A stretch of 64,000 nucleotides of DNA, from the NCBI GenBank assembly GCA_017642425.1, contig JAGCPB010000058.1, positions 59,106 through 123,105 of the forward strand. The letters run 5' to 3'. The notes beneath the pieces are model-generated. The model was given only the letters and a program-made list of their open reading frames with translations. It was not told where the DNA came from and made no database searches. Below, in pieces: positions 46,456-55,801 of this stretch. Within the stretch, counting starts at the first letter, position 1. Each line of letters begins with the position of its first letter. The position numbers and the translations under genes are program-made. This stretch comes from Bacteroidaceae bacterium. Lineage in GTDB: Bacteria; Bacteroidota; Bacteroidia; Bacteroidales; Bacteroidaceae.

Positions 46456-46496
46456 TATCAGCGCTCTCCAACCTTGTCAATGTTATTAAATTGCAC

Positions 46497-46504
46497 TATC
46501 TTTG
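46497..46504 (+). promoter_or_regulatory. -7 promoter box (TATCTTTG) for lptB
   Basis: TAnnTTTG match 7 nt upstream of the ATG at 46512, so the transcript is nearly leaderless. Confidence 0.45.
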
Positions 46505-46511
46505 CAAAAGT

Positions 46512-47288
46512 ATGGAAGAGATTCAAGAGCAGACACCTGACCACAAGATGGTCCTGAGGACAGAGAATCTTGTAAAACGGTACGGAAAGCGCACCGTTGT
46601 AAATCATGTCTCATTTGATGTCAAGCAGGGTGAGATAGTAGGTCTGCTGGGACCCAACGGTGCCGGCAAGACCACTTCATTCTACATGACCACCGGCCTG
46701 ATAACCCCCAATGAGGGCCACATCTATCTGGATGACCAGGACATAACTGATTTTCCCGTGTATAAGCGGGCCCGCGCCGGAGTGGGATACCTGGCCCAGG
46801 AGGCCAGCGTGTTTCGCAAGATGAGTGTTGAGGACAACATAGCGTCTGTACTTGAACTCACCCGCAAGCCCCTTGAGTATCAGCGTGAGAAACTGGAGAG
46901 TCTCATTGCCGAATTCCGCCTGCAGAAAGTGCGCAAGAATCTGGGTGACCGTCTGTCGGGTGGTGAGCGCCGCCGTACCGAGATAGCCCGATGCCTGGCC
47001 ATAGAGCCCAAGTTCATCATGCTTGACGAGCCGTTTGCCGGTGTTGACCCTATTGCGGTAGAGGACATCCAGCAGATAGTCTGGAAACTCAAGGACCGCA
47101 ACATAGGGATTCTCATAACAGACCACAACGTACATGAAACGCTCAGTATCACAGACCGGGCATACCTGCTTTTTGAAGGCCGTATCCTGTTCCAGGGTAC
47201 CCCTGAGGAACTTGCAGTCAACCCCATTGTAAGGGAGAAATACCTGAGCCAAAGTTTTGAGCTTAAGAAAAAGAATTTCCAGAACTGA
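46512..47288 (+). CDS. lptB: LPS export ABC transporter ATP-binding protein LptB
   Basis: 258 aa from ATG at 46512. Walker A GPNGAGKTT, signature LSGGERRR, Walker B MLDEPFAGVDP, and an LptB-type C-terminal extension. Confidence 0.9.
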   Translation: MEEIQEQTPDHKMVLRTENLVKRYGKRTVVNHVSFDVKQGEIVGLLGPNGAGKTTSFYMTTGLITPNEGHIYLDDQDITDFPVYKRARAGVGYLAQEASVFRKMSVEDNIASVLELTRKPLEYQREKLESLIAEFRLQKVRKNLGDRLSGGERRRTEIARCLAIEPKFIMLDEPFAGVDPIAVEDIQQIVWKLKDRNIGILITDHNVHETLSITDRAYLLFEGRILFQGTPEELAVNPIVREKYLSQSFELKKKNFQN

Positions 47289-48913
47289 TGAAAGCCTTGA
47301 AGCATATTGCAGCTTTACTGGCTTGTTTCATGATGTATACGGCAGGCCACGCGGTTCAGATTCGCAGGGAACCCGGCTATCTCATACCCGAATCCTTTCT
47401 GCCTACTGACCGTGACAATCCCGCCGTCTGGAGCTCATTCAACACACCGAACACAAGAGGGGCAGCCCCGGGTGATTATGCCACCAGTGACATACCCAGA
47501 ACAGGCACCCAGGAGTATCTGCTGGTACTGGTTGATTTCACAGACTGCAGGTTCTCCATAAAAGACACCACAGCCTTGCTGGAACGCTTTAACCGCATGT
47601 ATAACGAGCATGGTTATACAGAAAACACATCTTTCACCCGTTCGGGAGTAACCTACTACGGTGCCACCGGAAGCGTATCGGATTATTTCAGGGACCAGTC
47701 ATACGGACAGTACAACCCGCAGTTCAAGATAGTAGGGCCCATACATCCTTCAAAGAGTTACTCTTATTACGGATACGGCAACAAAGACACCAATGTGGAA
47801 TCCATGATCCGCGAAGTCTGTGATATCCTGATGGAAAATGACACCGTAAAACTGAGCCAATACACAAGAAACGGCAAGATTGACCAGCTGTCCATAATAT
47901 ATGCCGGACGCGGTGAGAACTATAAGAATTCTGATGTCAACACCATCTGGCCGCACGCCAGCGTATTCAATTACGGCAAGTACGGAATAGGTGACGTCAA
48001 GTACCTGTGCACATGTGAACTGTTCTGGGATTCTGACACCATATTAGACGGAATAGGCACATTCTGCCACGAGTTCTCACACACTCTGGGATTACCTGAT
48101 TTCTATAACACCGGTTCAGCATCAGATTCTGAAAGCAATGCGGCAATGGGATCCTGGAGCCTGATGGATTACGGCACGTATGAAAACGGAGGGTTCTCGC
48201 CTGTAGGATATACCGCATTTGAGAAATACTCTCTTGGTTGGCTGGATCTGGAAGAGATCACGTATTCCGGATATTATACTCTTGATGAAATAAGCCGCAG
48301 GCCTGATCCGGACGCAGACATTCATACCGCCTACCGCCTCAATACCGGAAATGACAATCAGTTCCTGATTCTTGAGAACCATGTCAAGACCGGATGGTAC
48401 AAATACCATGCAACCCAAGGACTCATGGTTACCTCTGTAAGTTATTCCTACAGCAACTGGGACCTTAACAACGTCAACAATTCCGTAAAGCGTTACCGGA
48501 TTCTTCCTGCCGACAACAATTACTCCAGGACCTCAAACGCAGGTGACCTGTTTCCCTACAATGACATAGACAGTATAACCACACTTGGTAATCCAAAACT
48601 ATCCGTGATATCATCATTTCCGTCATACTCCATATACGGCATCAGACGGAACGGCACTCTGGTATCATTCCTGGCATCGCCCGATATGCCATCGGGCGTG
48701 ACCGGCACTTACGCACAGGATATCTCAATCAATATAGAGAACGGGGTGCTCACTGTAACCGCCCCCGCAGCGAGCAGGGTATCGGTACATGACATCTCGG
48801 GCAAGACCGTTCTTGAAACCGTGACGTCCCAGCCCACTCAGCAATTCACCCTTCCGGGACAAGGCATCTGGATAGTCAGATGCGGCAGTATGACAAGAAA
48901 AGTGAGGTTGTAA
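47288..48913 (+). CDS. Secreted zinc metalloprotease (M6/InhA-like) with a T9SS C-terminal sorting domain
   Basis: 541 aa with a signal peptide. HEFSHTLGLPDFY (His261, Glu262, His265). CTD-like tail VSVHDISGKTVLE...LPGQGIWIVRCGSMTRKVRL. 1-nt overlap with the lptB stop. Confidence 0.75.
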   Translation: MKALKHIAALLACFMMYTAGHAVQIRREPGYLIPESFLPTDRDNPAVWSSFNTPNTRGAAPGDYATSDIPRTGTQEYLLVLVDFTDCRFSIKDTTALLERFNRMYNEHGYTENTSFTRSGVTYYGATGSVSDYFRDQSYGQYNPQFKIVGPIHPSKSYSYYGYGNKDTNVESMIREVCDILMENDTVKLSQYTRNGKIDQLSIIYAGRGENYKNSDVNTIWPHASVFNYGKYGIGDVKYLCTCELFWDSDTILDGIGTFCHEFSHTLGLPDFYNTGSASDSESNAAMGSWSLMDYGTYENGGFSPVGYTAFEKYSLGWLDLEEITYSGYYTLDEISRRPDPDADIHTAYRLNTGNDNQFLILENHVKTGWYKYHATQGLMVTSVSYSYSNWDLNNVNNSVKRYRILPADNNYSRTSNAGDLFPYNDIDSITTLGNPKLSVISSFPSYSIYGIRRNGTLVSFLASPDMPSGVTGTYAQDISINIENGVLTVTAPAASRVSVHDISGKTVLETVTSQPTQQFTLPGQGIWIVRCGSMTRKVRL

Positions 48914-48916
48914 GCC

Positions 48917-50230
48917 TCACTTTTGTCTTATGAATATATTGATGGGAGTGCCGCAAAAATCCCACTTCTCGCGGATCTTGTTCTCCAGGAAACGCTTGTA
49001 AGGATCCTTTACATACTGCGGCAGGTTGGCAAAGAATACGAATGACGGTATCTGGGGCCCCTGCAGTTGAGTGCAGTATTTTATCTTGATATACTTACCC
49101 TTGATTGATGGAGGCGGATAAGCCTCAATAAGCGGGAGCATCTCAGCATTCAGCTTGCCTGTAGACACATGGTTGGTCTTATGCTTATAGACATCCTTGG
49201 CAAGTTCCAGAACCTTGAGTATGCGCTGCTTCTCGGTAGCCGATGTAAACACTATGGGGAAATCCACAAACGGAGCCAGACGTGAGCGTATGGCATCCTC
49301 ATAGTTTTTCATCACCTTTGCAGAGCGGTCCTCTATCAGGTCCCACTTGTTGACCACCACCACAAGACCCTTCTGGTTCTTTACAATCAGCGACACTATG
49401 TTCATGTCCTGGCTCTCTATGCCGCGGGTGGCATCAAGCATCAGAACGCATACATCGCTGTTCTCAATGGCACGGATGGAGCGCATCACGGAGTAGAACT
49501 CCAGGTCCTCCTCAACCTTGCTCTTCTTGCGAATGCCGGCGGTATCCACCAGATAAAAGTCAAATCCGAACTTGGTATAACGGGTGTATACAGAGTCACG
49601 GGTGGTACCGGCAATATCAGTCACTATGTTACGGTCCTCACCTATGAACGCATTCACTATTGAACTCTTTCCCACGTTAGGACGGCCCACAACCGCAAAG
49701 CGGGGTATATCCTCTTCAGTCTGCGCATCGGCCTCGGCCGGCAGTTTGCTTACCACCAAGTCAAGCAGATCGCCCGTTCCGCTGCCGTTTGCCGCCGATA
49801 TGCTCACGGGATCACCCAAGCCCAGACGATAGAACTCGGCTGCCGCATACTGCAGGTCAAAGGTGTCCATCTTGTTTGTAACCAGTATGACCGGAGTCTT
49901 GGAGCGGCGCAGAATTCCCGCCACCTCATCATCAAGGTCAGTCACACCGTTCTTTATATCCACCAGGAACAGTATCAGGTCCGCCTCATCAATAGCCACC
50001 TTTACCTGTTTGCGTATCTCCTCCTCAAACACATCATCAGAGTTCACCACCCATCCGCCGGTGTCAACCACAGAGAATACACGGTTGCCCCACTCGCACA
50101 TGCCGTACTGACGGTCACGGGTGGTTCCGGCCTCATCATCCACAATGGCCTGACGGGTCTGGGTAAGGCGGTTGAACAGCGTTGACTTGCCAACGTTGGG
50201 GCGGCCTACTATCGCTACAAGGTTGCTCAT
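48917..50230 (-). CDS. der: Ribosome biogenesis GTPase Der (EngA)
   Basis: 437 aa with two GTPase domains ([12 protein letters not shown] and [12 protein letters not shown]) and a KH-like C-terminus. Confidence 0.95.
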   Translation of the reverse strand: MSNLVAIVGRPNVGKSTLFNRLTQTRQAIVDDEAGTTRDRQYGMCEWGNRVFSVVDTGGWVVNSDDVFEEEIRKQVKVAIDEADLILFLVDIKNGVTDLDDEVAGILRRSKTPVILVTNKMDTFDLQYAAAEFYRLGLGDPVSISAANGSGTGDLLDLVVSKLPAEADAQTEEDIPRFAVVGRPNVGKSSIVNAFIGEDRNIVTDIAGTTRDSVYTRYTKFGFDFYLVDTAGIRKKSKVEEDLEFYSVMRSIRAIENSDVCVLMLDATRGIESQDMNIVSLIVKNQKGLVVVVNKWDLIEDRSAKVMKNYEDAIRSRLAPFVDFPIVFTSATEKQRILKVLELAKDVYKHKTNHVSTGKLNAEMLPLIEAYPPPSIKGKYIKIKYCTQLQGPQIPSFVFFANLPQYVKDPYKRFLENKIREKWDFCGTPINIFIRQK

Positions 50231-50236
50231 AATATA

Positions 50237-51118
50237 TCAATCCTGTGAATATCCAAAATTCCTCAGTTCACGGTCTGAACTACGCCAGTCCTTATCAACC
50301 TTAACAAACAGCTCCATAAAGATCTTCTTGCCAAAGAATTTCTCCAGATCCTTGCGGGCCTCTATGGCCACACGCTTCAGAGCCTGACCTTCATGTCCTA
50401 TCAGTATACCTTTCTGTGACTCACGCTCCACATATATCACGGCGTTGATCACTATCCTGGAGCGGTTCTCACGGAACTGCTCCACAGCCACCTCTACAGA
50501 GTATGGTATCTCCTTGTCATAATGGAGCAGAATCTTTTCACGTACTATCTCCGACACAAAGAACCGTGCCGGCTTATCGGTCAGCTGGTCCTTGTCAAAA
50601 TAGGGCGGGCATTCAGGGATAAGCTCATTTACGCGTTTAAGTACGGTCTTTACGCCGAATGCAGTGGCTGCCGATATTGGTATTATCTCGGCATTGGGCA
50701 GTTTCTCATGCCACGACTCAACCAGTTTAATAAGATTCTCCTCATCGGTAAGGTCAATCTTGTTGATGATTACCAGTACCGGCACCTTCATTTTGGCAAC
50801 CTTCTCCAGGAACTCCGAGTTCTTGTCGGCCTTCTCTACCACATCAGTCATGTAGAGCAGCACATCGGCGTCAACCAGGGCCGATTCGGAGAAAGCCAGC
50901 ATTGACTCCTGGAGCTTGTAGTTGGGTTTGAGCACGCCAGGGGTATCGGAGAACACAATCTGTGACTCCTCGGTATTGACTATACCCATTATCCTGTGAC
51001 GCGTAGTCTGCGCCTTGAATGTGGCAATGGATATATGCTCGCCCACCAGCAGGTTCATCAGCGTTGACTTGCCTACGTTGGGGTTACCCACTATGTTCAC
51101 GAATCCGGCCTTGTGCAT
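50237..51118 (-). CDS. era: GTPase Era
   Basis: 293 aa with [20 protein letters not shown] and a C-terminal KH domain. Confidence 0.95.
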   Translation of the reverse strand: MHKAGFVNIVGNPNVGKSTLMNLLVGEHISIATFKAQTTRHRIMGIVNTEESQIVFSDTPGVLKPNYKLQESMLAFSESALVDADVLLYMTDVVEKADKNSEFLEKVAKMKVPVLVIINKIDLTDEENLIKLVESWHEKLPNAEIIPISAATAFGVKTVLKRVNELIPECPPYFDKDQLTDKPARFFVSEIVREKILLHYDKEIPYSVEVAVEQFRENRSRIVINAVIYVERESQKGILIGHEGQALKRVAIEARKDLEKFFGKKIFMELFVKVDKDWRSSDRELRNFGYSQD

Positions 51119-51186
51119 AATCTGTACTGGTTTTCGGTATGAGTCAAAAAAAACGCATCGGTAAGGATGCGTTCTCTGGTTTTGGT

Positions 51187-51375
51187 TTATTCAGCGGCTG
51201 CTTCCTTGACTACTGCCAACTTGCCTCTGTAATAACCGCACTCACCGCATACTGTGTGATAGACGTGCCATGCTCCGCAGTTAGGGCAGATGGCCAGTGT
51301 AGGTGCTACTGCCTTATCGTGAGTCCTTCTTTTTGCAGTTCTGGTATTGGACTGCCTTCTTTTAGGATGTGCCAT
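51187..51375 (-). CDS. rpmF: 50S ribosomal protein L32
   Basis: 62 aa. MAHPKRRQSNTRTAKRR plus a CPNCG...CGECG zinc ribbon. Confidence 0.95.
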   Translation of the reverse strand: MAHPKRRQSNTRTAKRRTHDKAVAPTLAICPNCGAWHVYHTVCGECGYYRGKLAVVKEAAAE

Positions 51376-51400
51376 ATTGTTTTGGTTTTATTATTGTTAT

Positions 51401-51940
51401 TTATTCGTTATCTGAATCCAACAAGCTGTTCAGTGCATCCCAGCGGTGATCATTGGCTCCGGTATCCTCAATCTCACCTTCATCACCCTCCTCTGCAGAA
51501 TGCTCATCCAGTTTCTCCATCATGCCCTTGTTGCACTTGCCGGGAGCATGGACATGCTTAATGGGTATGGCCAGTGCTATGAACTCATAGATGTACCATG
51601 CCACGTTTACAATACCCTTATCCTCGGGCACCACTACTATGTCACCGTCATCGGCAAAATCAGGACCAAGCTTAACCTTGAGCTCACCTGTATTCTCAAT
51701 GTCAAGTGACATGTCGTCAAGACAGCGGTCACAAGTCACAATGACAGTCCCGTTTACTGAAAAATTGAGATGGTACACGCCCGATGCCTTGGTAACCTTA
51801 AGGTCCACGTTCACCTTGCCGCGCTGAACCTCCTGGCCTTCAACAATACCAAAGAACTCCTGATCAACTGTCCAGTTGTAGGTGGAATTGGCATCTGTAA
51901 GCCCCTTCAGTTCAACGTTATATTTATCCAGTCTTCCCAT
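51401..51940 (-). CDS. YceD-family (DUF177) protein
   Basis: 179 aa from ATG at 51940, with the motif CDRCLD. Sits in the conserved position upstream of rpmF. Confidence 0.85.
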   Translation of the reverse strand: MGRLDKYNVELKGLTDANSTYNWTVDQEFFGIVEGQEVQRGKVNVDLKVTKASGVYHLNFSVNGTVIVTCDRCLDDMSLDIENTGELKVKLGPDFADDGDIVVVPEDKGIVNVAWYIYEFIALAIPIKHVHAPGKCNKGMMEKLDEHSAEEGDEGEIEDTGANDHRWDALNSLLDSDNE

Positions 51941-52011
51941 CAGACAATTTTTTCGGGGCACAAAGATACGATATTATTTTTTCAAACTGAAATGATTAGG
52001 ATATTTTTTGG

Positions 52012-53166
52012 TTATTTGGGGATTTCGATGCGGAAGGTGGTGCCTTTGTTCAGTTCGGAGTGAGCTACGTAGATTTTGCCTTTGTGGTATTCGGTTACTA
52101 TTCGCTTGGCAAGTGACAGTCCCAGACCCCAACCGCGCTCCTTGGTTGTATAGCCGGGATCAAAGATGCTGCGCCATGAATTCTTGGCAATACCTTTACC
52201 TGTATCCGTGACGTCAATGGTCACATGATTCTTATCCTCGGTCAGTTTGATTGTAAGCCTGCCCTTTCCGCTCATGGCATCAACGGCGTTCTTGCAGATA
52301 TTCTCAATGACCCAGCCAAACAGTGATGCGTTCACACGGGCGTTTACGGGAGGATTGGGGAAATCACGTACAAACTTGACAGTGGCGGGAGAGCGGTGTT
52401 CCACATAATCTATCACGCCATCAAGCACACCTACCATATCGGCGGTAACCGGCTCGGGCATTGAACCTATCTTTGAGAATCGCTCAGCCACCATCTGGAG
52501 CCGGTTCACATCCTTCTCCATCTCAGTTATCAGATCGTCATCATACTTGTCCTTAAGCAGTTCCGTCCAGGCCATGAGTGATGATATGGGGGTTCCCAAC
52601 TGATGTGCGGTCTCCTTGGACAGTCCCACCCAGACACGGTTCTGCTCCGTCTTCTTGAAACTGAGCAGGGCGAATATGGCTATCAGTACAAACAGCAGGA
52701 CAACGCCCATCTGTATGTAAGGATAAACGGTAAGGCGGTTCAGAAGCAGGGATTCATCAAAGCACACCTCATTGTAGTGCTCTGTGTCCGATTCGTCAAA
52801 ATAGATCTTTATGGAGTTGCCCAGGCTGCGCATACGCTCTACATAGCCGTTCAGGTATGTCAGTGTATCGGCCTTCCTTATCTCTATGTTAAGATAGCTT
52901 TTAACCTCGTTGTTCTCATCGACCACAATTACCGGAATGGTCTTGTTGCCCGATAACACTGCAAGCACAAGCCCCAGGTCCGTGTTTTCATCGGCATCAC
53001 TGAGTGACTGGTACGCCTGTGCAAAAAGCTCCATCTTGGAATGCTCCTCACGCGACAGGTCCTTGACCAGAGACTGTGAAACAAACAGCGATGACACCGC
53101 TATTATTATGGCTACTACTATAAGTACAGTCCTTATGCGTTTAAACTCCTTGATTTTTCTCATCAT
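52012..53166 (-). CDS. Sensor histidine kinase (two TM helices, periplasmic loop), no adjacent response regulator
   Basis: 384 aa. H-box ETAHQLGTPISSL, N-box ENICKNAVDA, G1 DTGKGI and G2 GWGLGLSLAKRIV. Confidence 0.8.
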   Translation of the reverse strand: MMRKIKEFKRIRTVLIVVAIIIAVSSLFVSQSLVKDLSREEHSKMELFAQAYQSLSDADENTDLGLVLAVLSGNKTIPVIVVDENNEVKSYLNIEIRKADTLTYLNGYVERMRSLGNSIKIYFDESDTEHYNEVCFDESLLLNRLTVYPYIQMGVVLLFVLIAIFALLSFKKTEQNRVWVGLSKETAHQLGTPISSLMAWTELLKDKYDDDLITEMEKDVNRLQMVAERFSKIGSMPEPVTADMVGVLDGVIDYVEHRSPATVKFVRDFPNPPVNARVNASLFGWVIENICKNAVDAMSGKGRLTIKLTEDKNHVTIDVTDTGKGIAKNSWRSIFDPGYTTKERGWGLGLSLAKRIVTEYHKGKIYVAHSELNKGTTFRIEIPK

Positions 53167-53232
53167 CAGCGGCCTGTTTTATGGACAGGCAATTAATAAA
53201 CGGATTATCAGGACGGATATTGTACCGTGCAG

Positions 53233-54027
53233 TCAGAGACAAAAAAGTCTGCGTGCGTTATCCGATGTAATCCGAGCCACCTCATCATAATCTATGCCAT
53301 ATGCCTGCGCCATCATCTGTGCGGTATGGACTATGTATGACGGTTCGTTGCGTTTGCCGCGGAACGGTACAGGAGTAAGGTACGGGCAATCTGTCTCCAG
53401 CACCACCCTGTCCATAGGGATAAGCGGCAGCACTTGGGACAATGTTGATTTCTTATAGGTAAGTACACCACCTATGCCAAACATGAATCCGCTAAACTCC
53501 ATAAGGGCCTTAGCCTCTTCATTACTGCCGGAAAAACAGTGGAAAATGCCTCTCAAGCCACTCTCCCTGTAATCCGAAAGTACATCATACAGTTGGCTGA
53601 AAGAATCTCTGGAATGGATCACAATAGGAAGGTCATACTCCAAAGCCCACTCAATCTGGGTCCGGAATGATGCTATCTGGTCATCCAGTCGTGATTTGTC
53701 CCAATAGAGGTCAAGACCTGTCTCACCTATTCCTATATATCTGTGGGCGCCGCCCTCCATCCGGTCCTTATCCAGCACAGCCTTAAGTCCGTCAAGTTGG
53801 GGCAGGTAATCCTGCGCCAGGTCCTCGGGATGCAATCCTATCATGGGACGGCACAAATCAGGCCACGTATCGCATACGCGGAGCATTTCATCCAGAGTAT
53901 CGGGATTTATGTTGGGCAGGAGCAGATACTCCAGCCCCGCTTTACAGGCTCTGTCAATGACCGCAGGCAGATCCTCACGGAAAGCCTCGTCATAAACGTG
54001 ACAATGAGTGTCAATCAGTCTTCTCAC
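53233..54027 (-). CDS. TatD-family metal-dependent hydrolase
   Basis: 264 aa with a GTG start, beginning LIDTHCH. Has internal GIGETGLD and HSRD motifs. 17-nt overlap with the upstream gene. Confidence 0.88.
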   Translation of the reverse strand: MRRLIDTHCHVYDEAFREDLPAVIDRACKAGLEYLLLPNINPDTLDEMLRVCDTWPDLCRPMIGLHPEDLAQDYLPQLDGLKAVLDKDRMEGGAHRYIGIGETGLDLYWDKSRLDDQIASFRTQIEWALEYDLPIVIHSRDSFSQLYDVLSDYRESGLRGIFHCFSGSNEEAKALMEFSGFMFGIGGVLTYKKSTLSQVLPLIPMDRVVLETDCPYLTPVPFRGKRNEPSYIVHTAQMMAQAYGIDYDEVARITSDNARRLFCL

Positions 54028-54712
54028 CTGTACGGTAATAGTATATCAGTCCGTATTCACGGCACTTCTTAAGTCTCTTTTCGCCGCTAAGGTCTGAGAA
54101 ATAGTTCTCTATAGAGTTCCATACATCCAGTATCACCTCATCAACCTGAGGTCTCATAAGAGATACCACCAGCAAGGCTTCATCGGTAAGTTGACGCAGT
54201 TCACACTGTTTGTCATAGAGCTCCTTAAACAGTTCATAATGGACAGTAACCTTTGCTATGGTGGGATTGAAAATGGGGATCCCGCCCTTGGCTGTCCTGG
54301 TCTTTTCACCGTTTATGGTATTCTCACAGCAGCGTATTACCGCAATGTCACTTGACATATCGGGCAACTCTCCCGAATCCTGGGGTATTGAATAGAAATC
54401 CCTGTCGGCAGCCTTCATCTCACCGCGTTTGACGCACATGTTGAATACCGTAAGGAAATGTGACACATACATCCTGGCATTCTTGAGTCTGGTCTGATAG
54501 GGTTCAGACTTGGAGTAATTGACCTGTGTCTCAAGTGATTTGACATAGCGGTCAACCGCATCCCTGAACTGGACCAGTTTCTTCTCTGCTTTTGAAAGCA
54601 GTTCGGGCGGCAGGACCGGAGCATAATAGTCATTGTTCCGCATCTTGGCAATCGCGGTCTCCAGTGAACGGATCCTGGCTTTATCAGTGTTGGGTAATCT
54701 TCTGTAAGGCAT
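54011..54712 (-). CDS. Conserved hypothetical protein, predicted all-alpha, function unknown
   Basis: 233 aa with no signal peptide or TM helix and no motif I recognise. Packed between the polyprenyl synthase gene (8-nt gap) and tatD (overlap). Confidence 0.5.
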   Translation of the reverse strand: MPYRRLPNTDKARIRSLETAIAKMRNNDYYAPVLPPELLSKAEKKLVQFRDAVDRYVKSLETQVNYSKSEPYQTRLKNARMYVSHFLTVFNMCVKRGEMKAADRDFYSIPQDSGELPDMSSDIAVIRCCENTINGEKTRTAKGGIPIFNPTIAKVTVHYELFKELYDKQCELRQLTDEALLVVSLMRPQVDEVILDVWNSIENYFSDLSGEKRLKKCREYGLIYYYRTGEKTD

Positions 54713-54720
54713 AGCTGTAA

Positions 54721-55695
54721 TTATAGGACTCTATTCAAAAGACTGCCGGCATACTCCCTTAGCAGGCTCTTTCTGCCGGCAGGCAGACTTACGTTATCAA
54801 GAAGGCCCATAGCCTCATCAAAATATGAGCCAATCAGTTTCTCGGAGAGCGCCTTTACGCCCACCGCATCATATATGGCCCGCACTCCGGCAATCTTTGA
54901 ATCCGGATCATTTCCGCCATACACAGCCCAGCGGTCAAGTTCCCGGCGTTGCCGGCTGTCGGCCAGACGGTATGCATTGATATAAAGGTAGGTTTTCTTG
55001 TTGCAGAGTATGTCACCTCCTATCTTCTTGCCGAATACGGCCGCATCGCCATATACATCCAGCAGGTCATCCTGGAGCTGGAATGCAAGGCCTATCTTCT
55101 CACCAAAATCATATAACAGCCTTGAGTCTGACTCCGATGCGCCACCCGCCATTGCACCCATCTGCGCACATGCCGCAATCAGAACCGATGTCTTGAGACG
55201 TATCATCTCTATGTACTCCTGTTCAGTAACGTCATCACGGGTCTCAAACTCCATATCATACTGCTGCCCCTCCATTATGCCGGTAAAGGTTTCATTGGCC
55301 AGATCCAGAATCTTTTCAAAACCCGGTCCTTTGGTAAGTGCAAGATAGCGGTAAGCCAGCACCAGCATTCCGTCACCTGACAGTATGGCTGCATTCTCAT
55401 TCCATTTCTTATGGACCGTAGCCTTGCCGCGGCGCATATCGGCCTTATCCATCAGGTCATCATGCAGAAGGGTGAAATTATGGAATATCTCCATTCCGGC
55501 GGCGGTAGTGAAAACGCTCTCAATATCATCGGCATACATGTTATATGCCATGATAAGGAATGTGGGACGTATGCGCTTGCCGCCCAATGAAAGGACATAA
55601 CGGATGGGGGCATAAAGTTCATCCGGCTCATGAGAGTAATCCAGTGACCTGAGATACTCCTCAAACAGTTCCTGTATTTGGCTTGCTGATTTCAT
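54721..55695 (-). CDS. Polyprenyl diphosphate synthase (trans-isoprenyl, long-chain type)
   Basis: 324 aa from ATG at 55695. First and second Asp-rich motifs LLHDDLMD and QLQDDLLD. Chain length cannot be determined from sequence. Confidence 0.88.
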   Translation of the reverse strand: MKSASQIQELFEEYLRSLDYSHEPDELYAPIRYVLSLGGKRIRPTFLIMAYNMYADDIESVFTTAAGMEIFHNFTLLHDDLMDKADMRRGKATVHKKWNENAAILSGDGMLVLAYRYLALTKGPGFEKILDLANETFTGIMEGQQYDMEFETRDDVTEQEYIEMIRLKTSVLIAACAQMGAMAGGASESDSRLLYDFGEKIGLAFQLQDDLLDVYGDAAVFGKKIGGDILCNKKTYLYINAYRLADSRQRRELDRWAVYGGNDPDSKIAGVRAIYDAVGVKALSEKLIGSYFDEAMGLLDNVSLPAGRKSLLREYAGSLLNRVL

Positions 55696-55701
55696 TACGT
55701 G

Positions 55702-55709
55702 CAAAAATA
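55702..55709 (-). promoter_or_regulatory. -7 promoter box (TATTTTTG) for the polyprenyl synthase operon
   Basis: TAnnTTTG match 6 nt upstream of the ATG. Confidence 0.4.
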
Positions 55710-55743
55710 AGAAGTTTTTCATTATTACACATGATAAAACGAA

Positions 55744-55779
55744 TAAAAAAAGCGAAGAGGCCAAAAGCAGCCTCTTCGC
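55744..55779 (-). terminator. Rho-independent terminator of tonB
   Basis: 10-bp stem gcgaagaggc/gcctcttcgc with an 8-nt loop, followed on the minus strand by TTTTTTT. Confidence 0.75.
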
Positions 55780-55801
55780 AATTTAAACGCTTACCGTAAA
55801 A

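Noticed and set aside
46419-46511. N-terminal extension of the lptB ORF (MCPWQGHKKNRPLS...)
   Set aside because: It is a translation of the palindromic element. The -7 box at 46497 and the conserved LptB N-terminus support the ATG at 46512.
46677-47305. 191-aa and 141-aa ORFs antisense to lptB
   Set aside because: These are typical long antisense frames in GC-balanced ABC ATPase genes. They have no motifs and lie fully inside a confident CDS.
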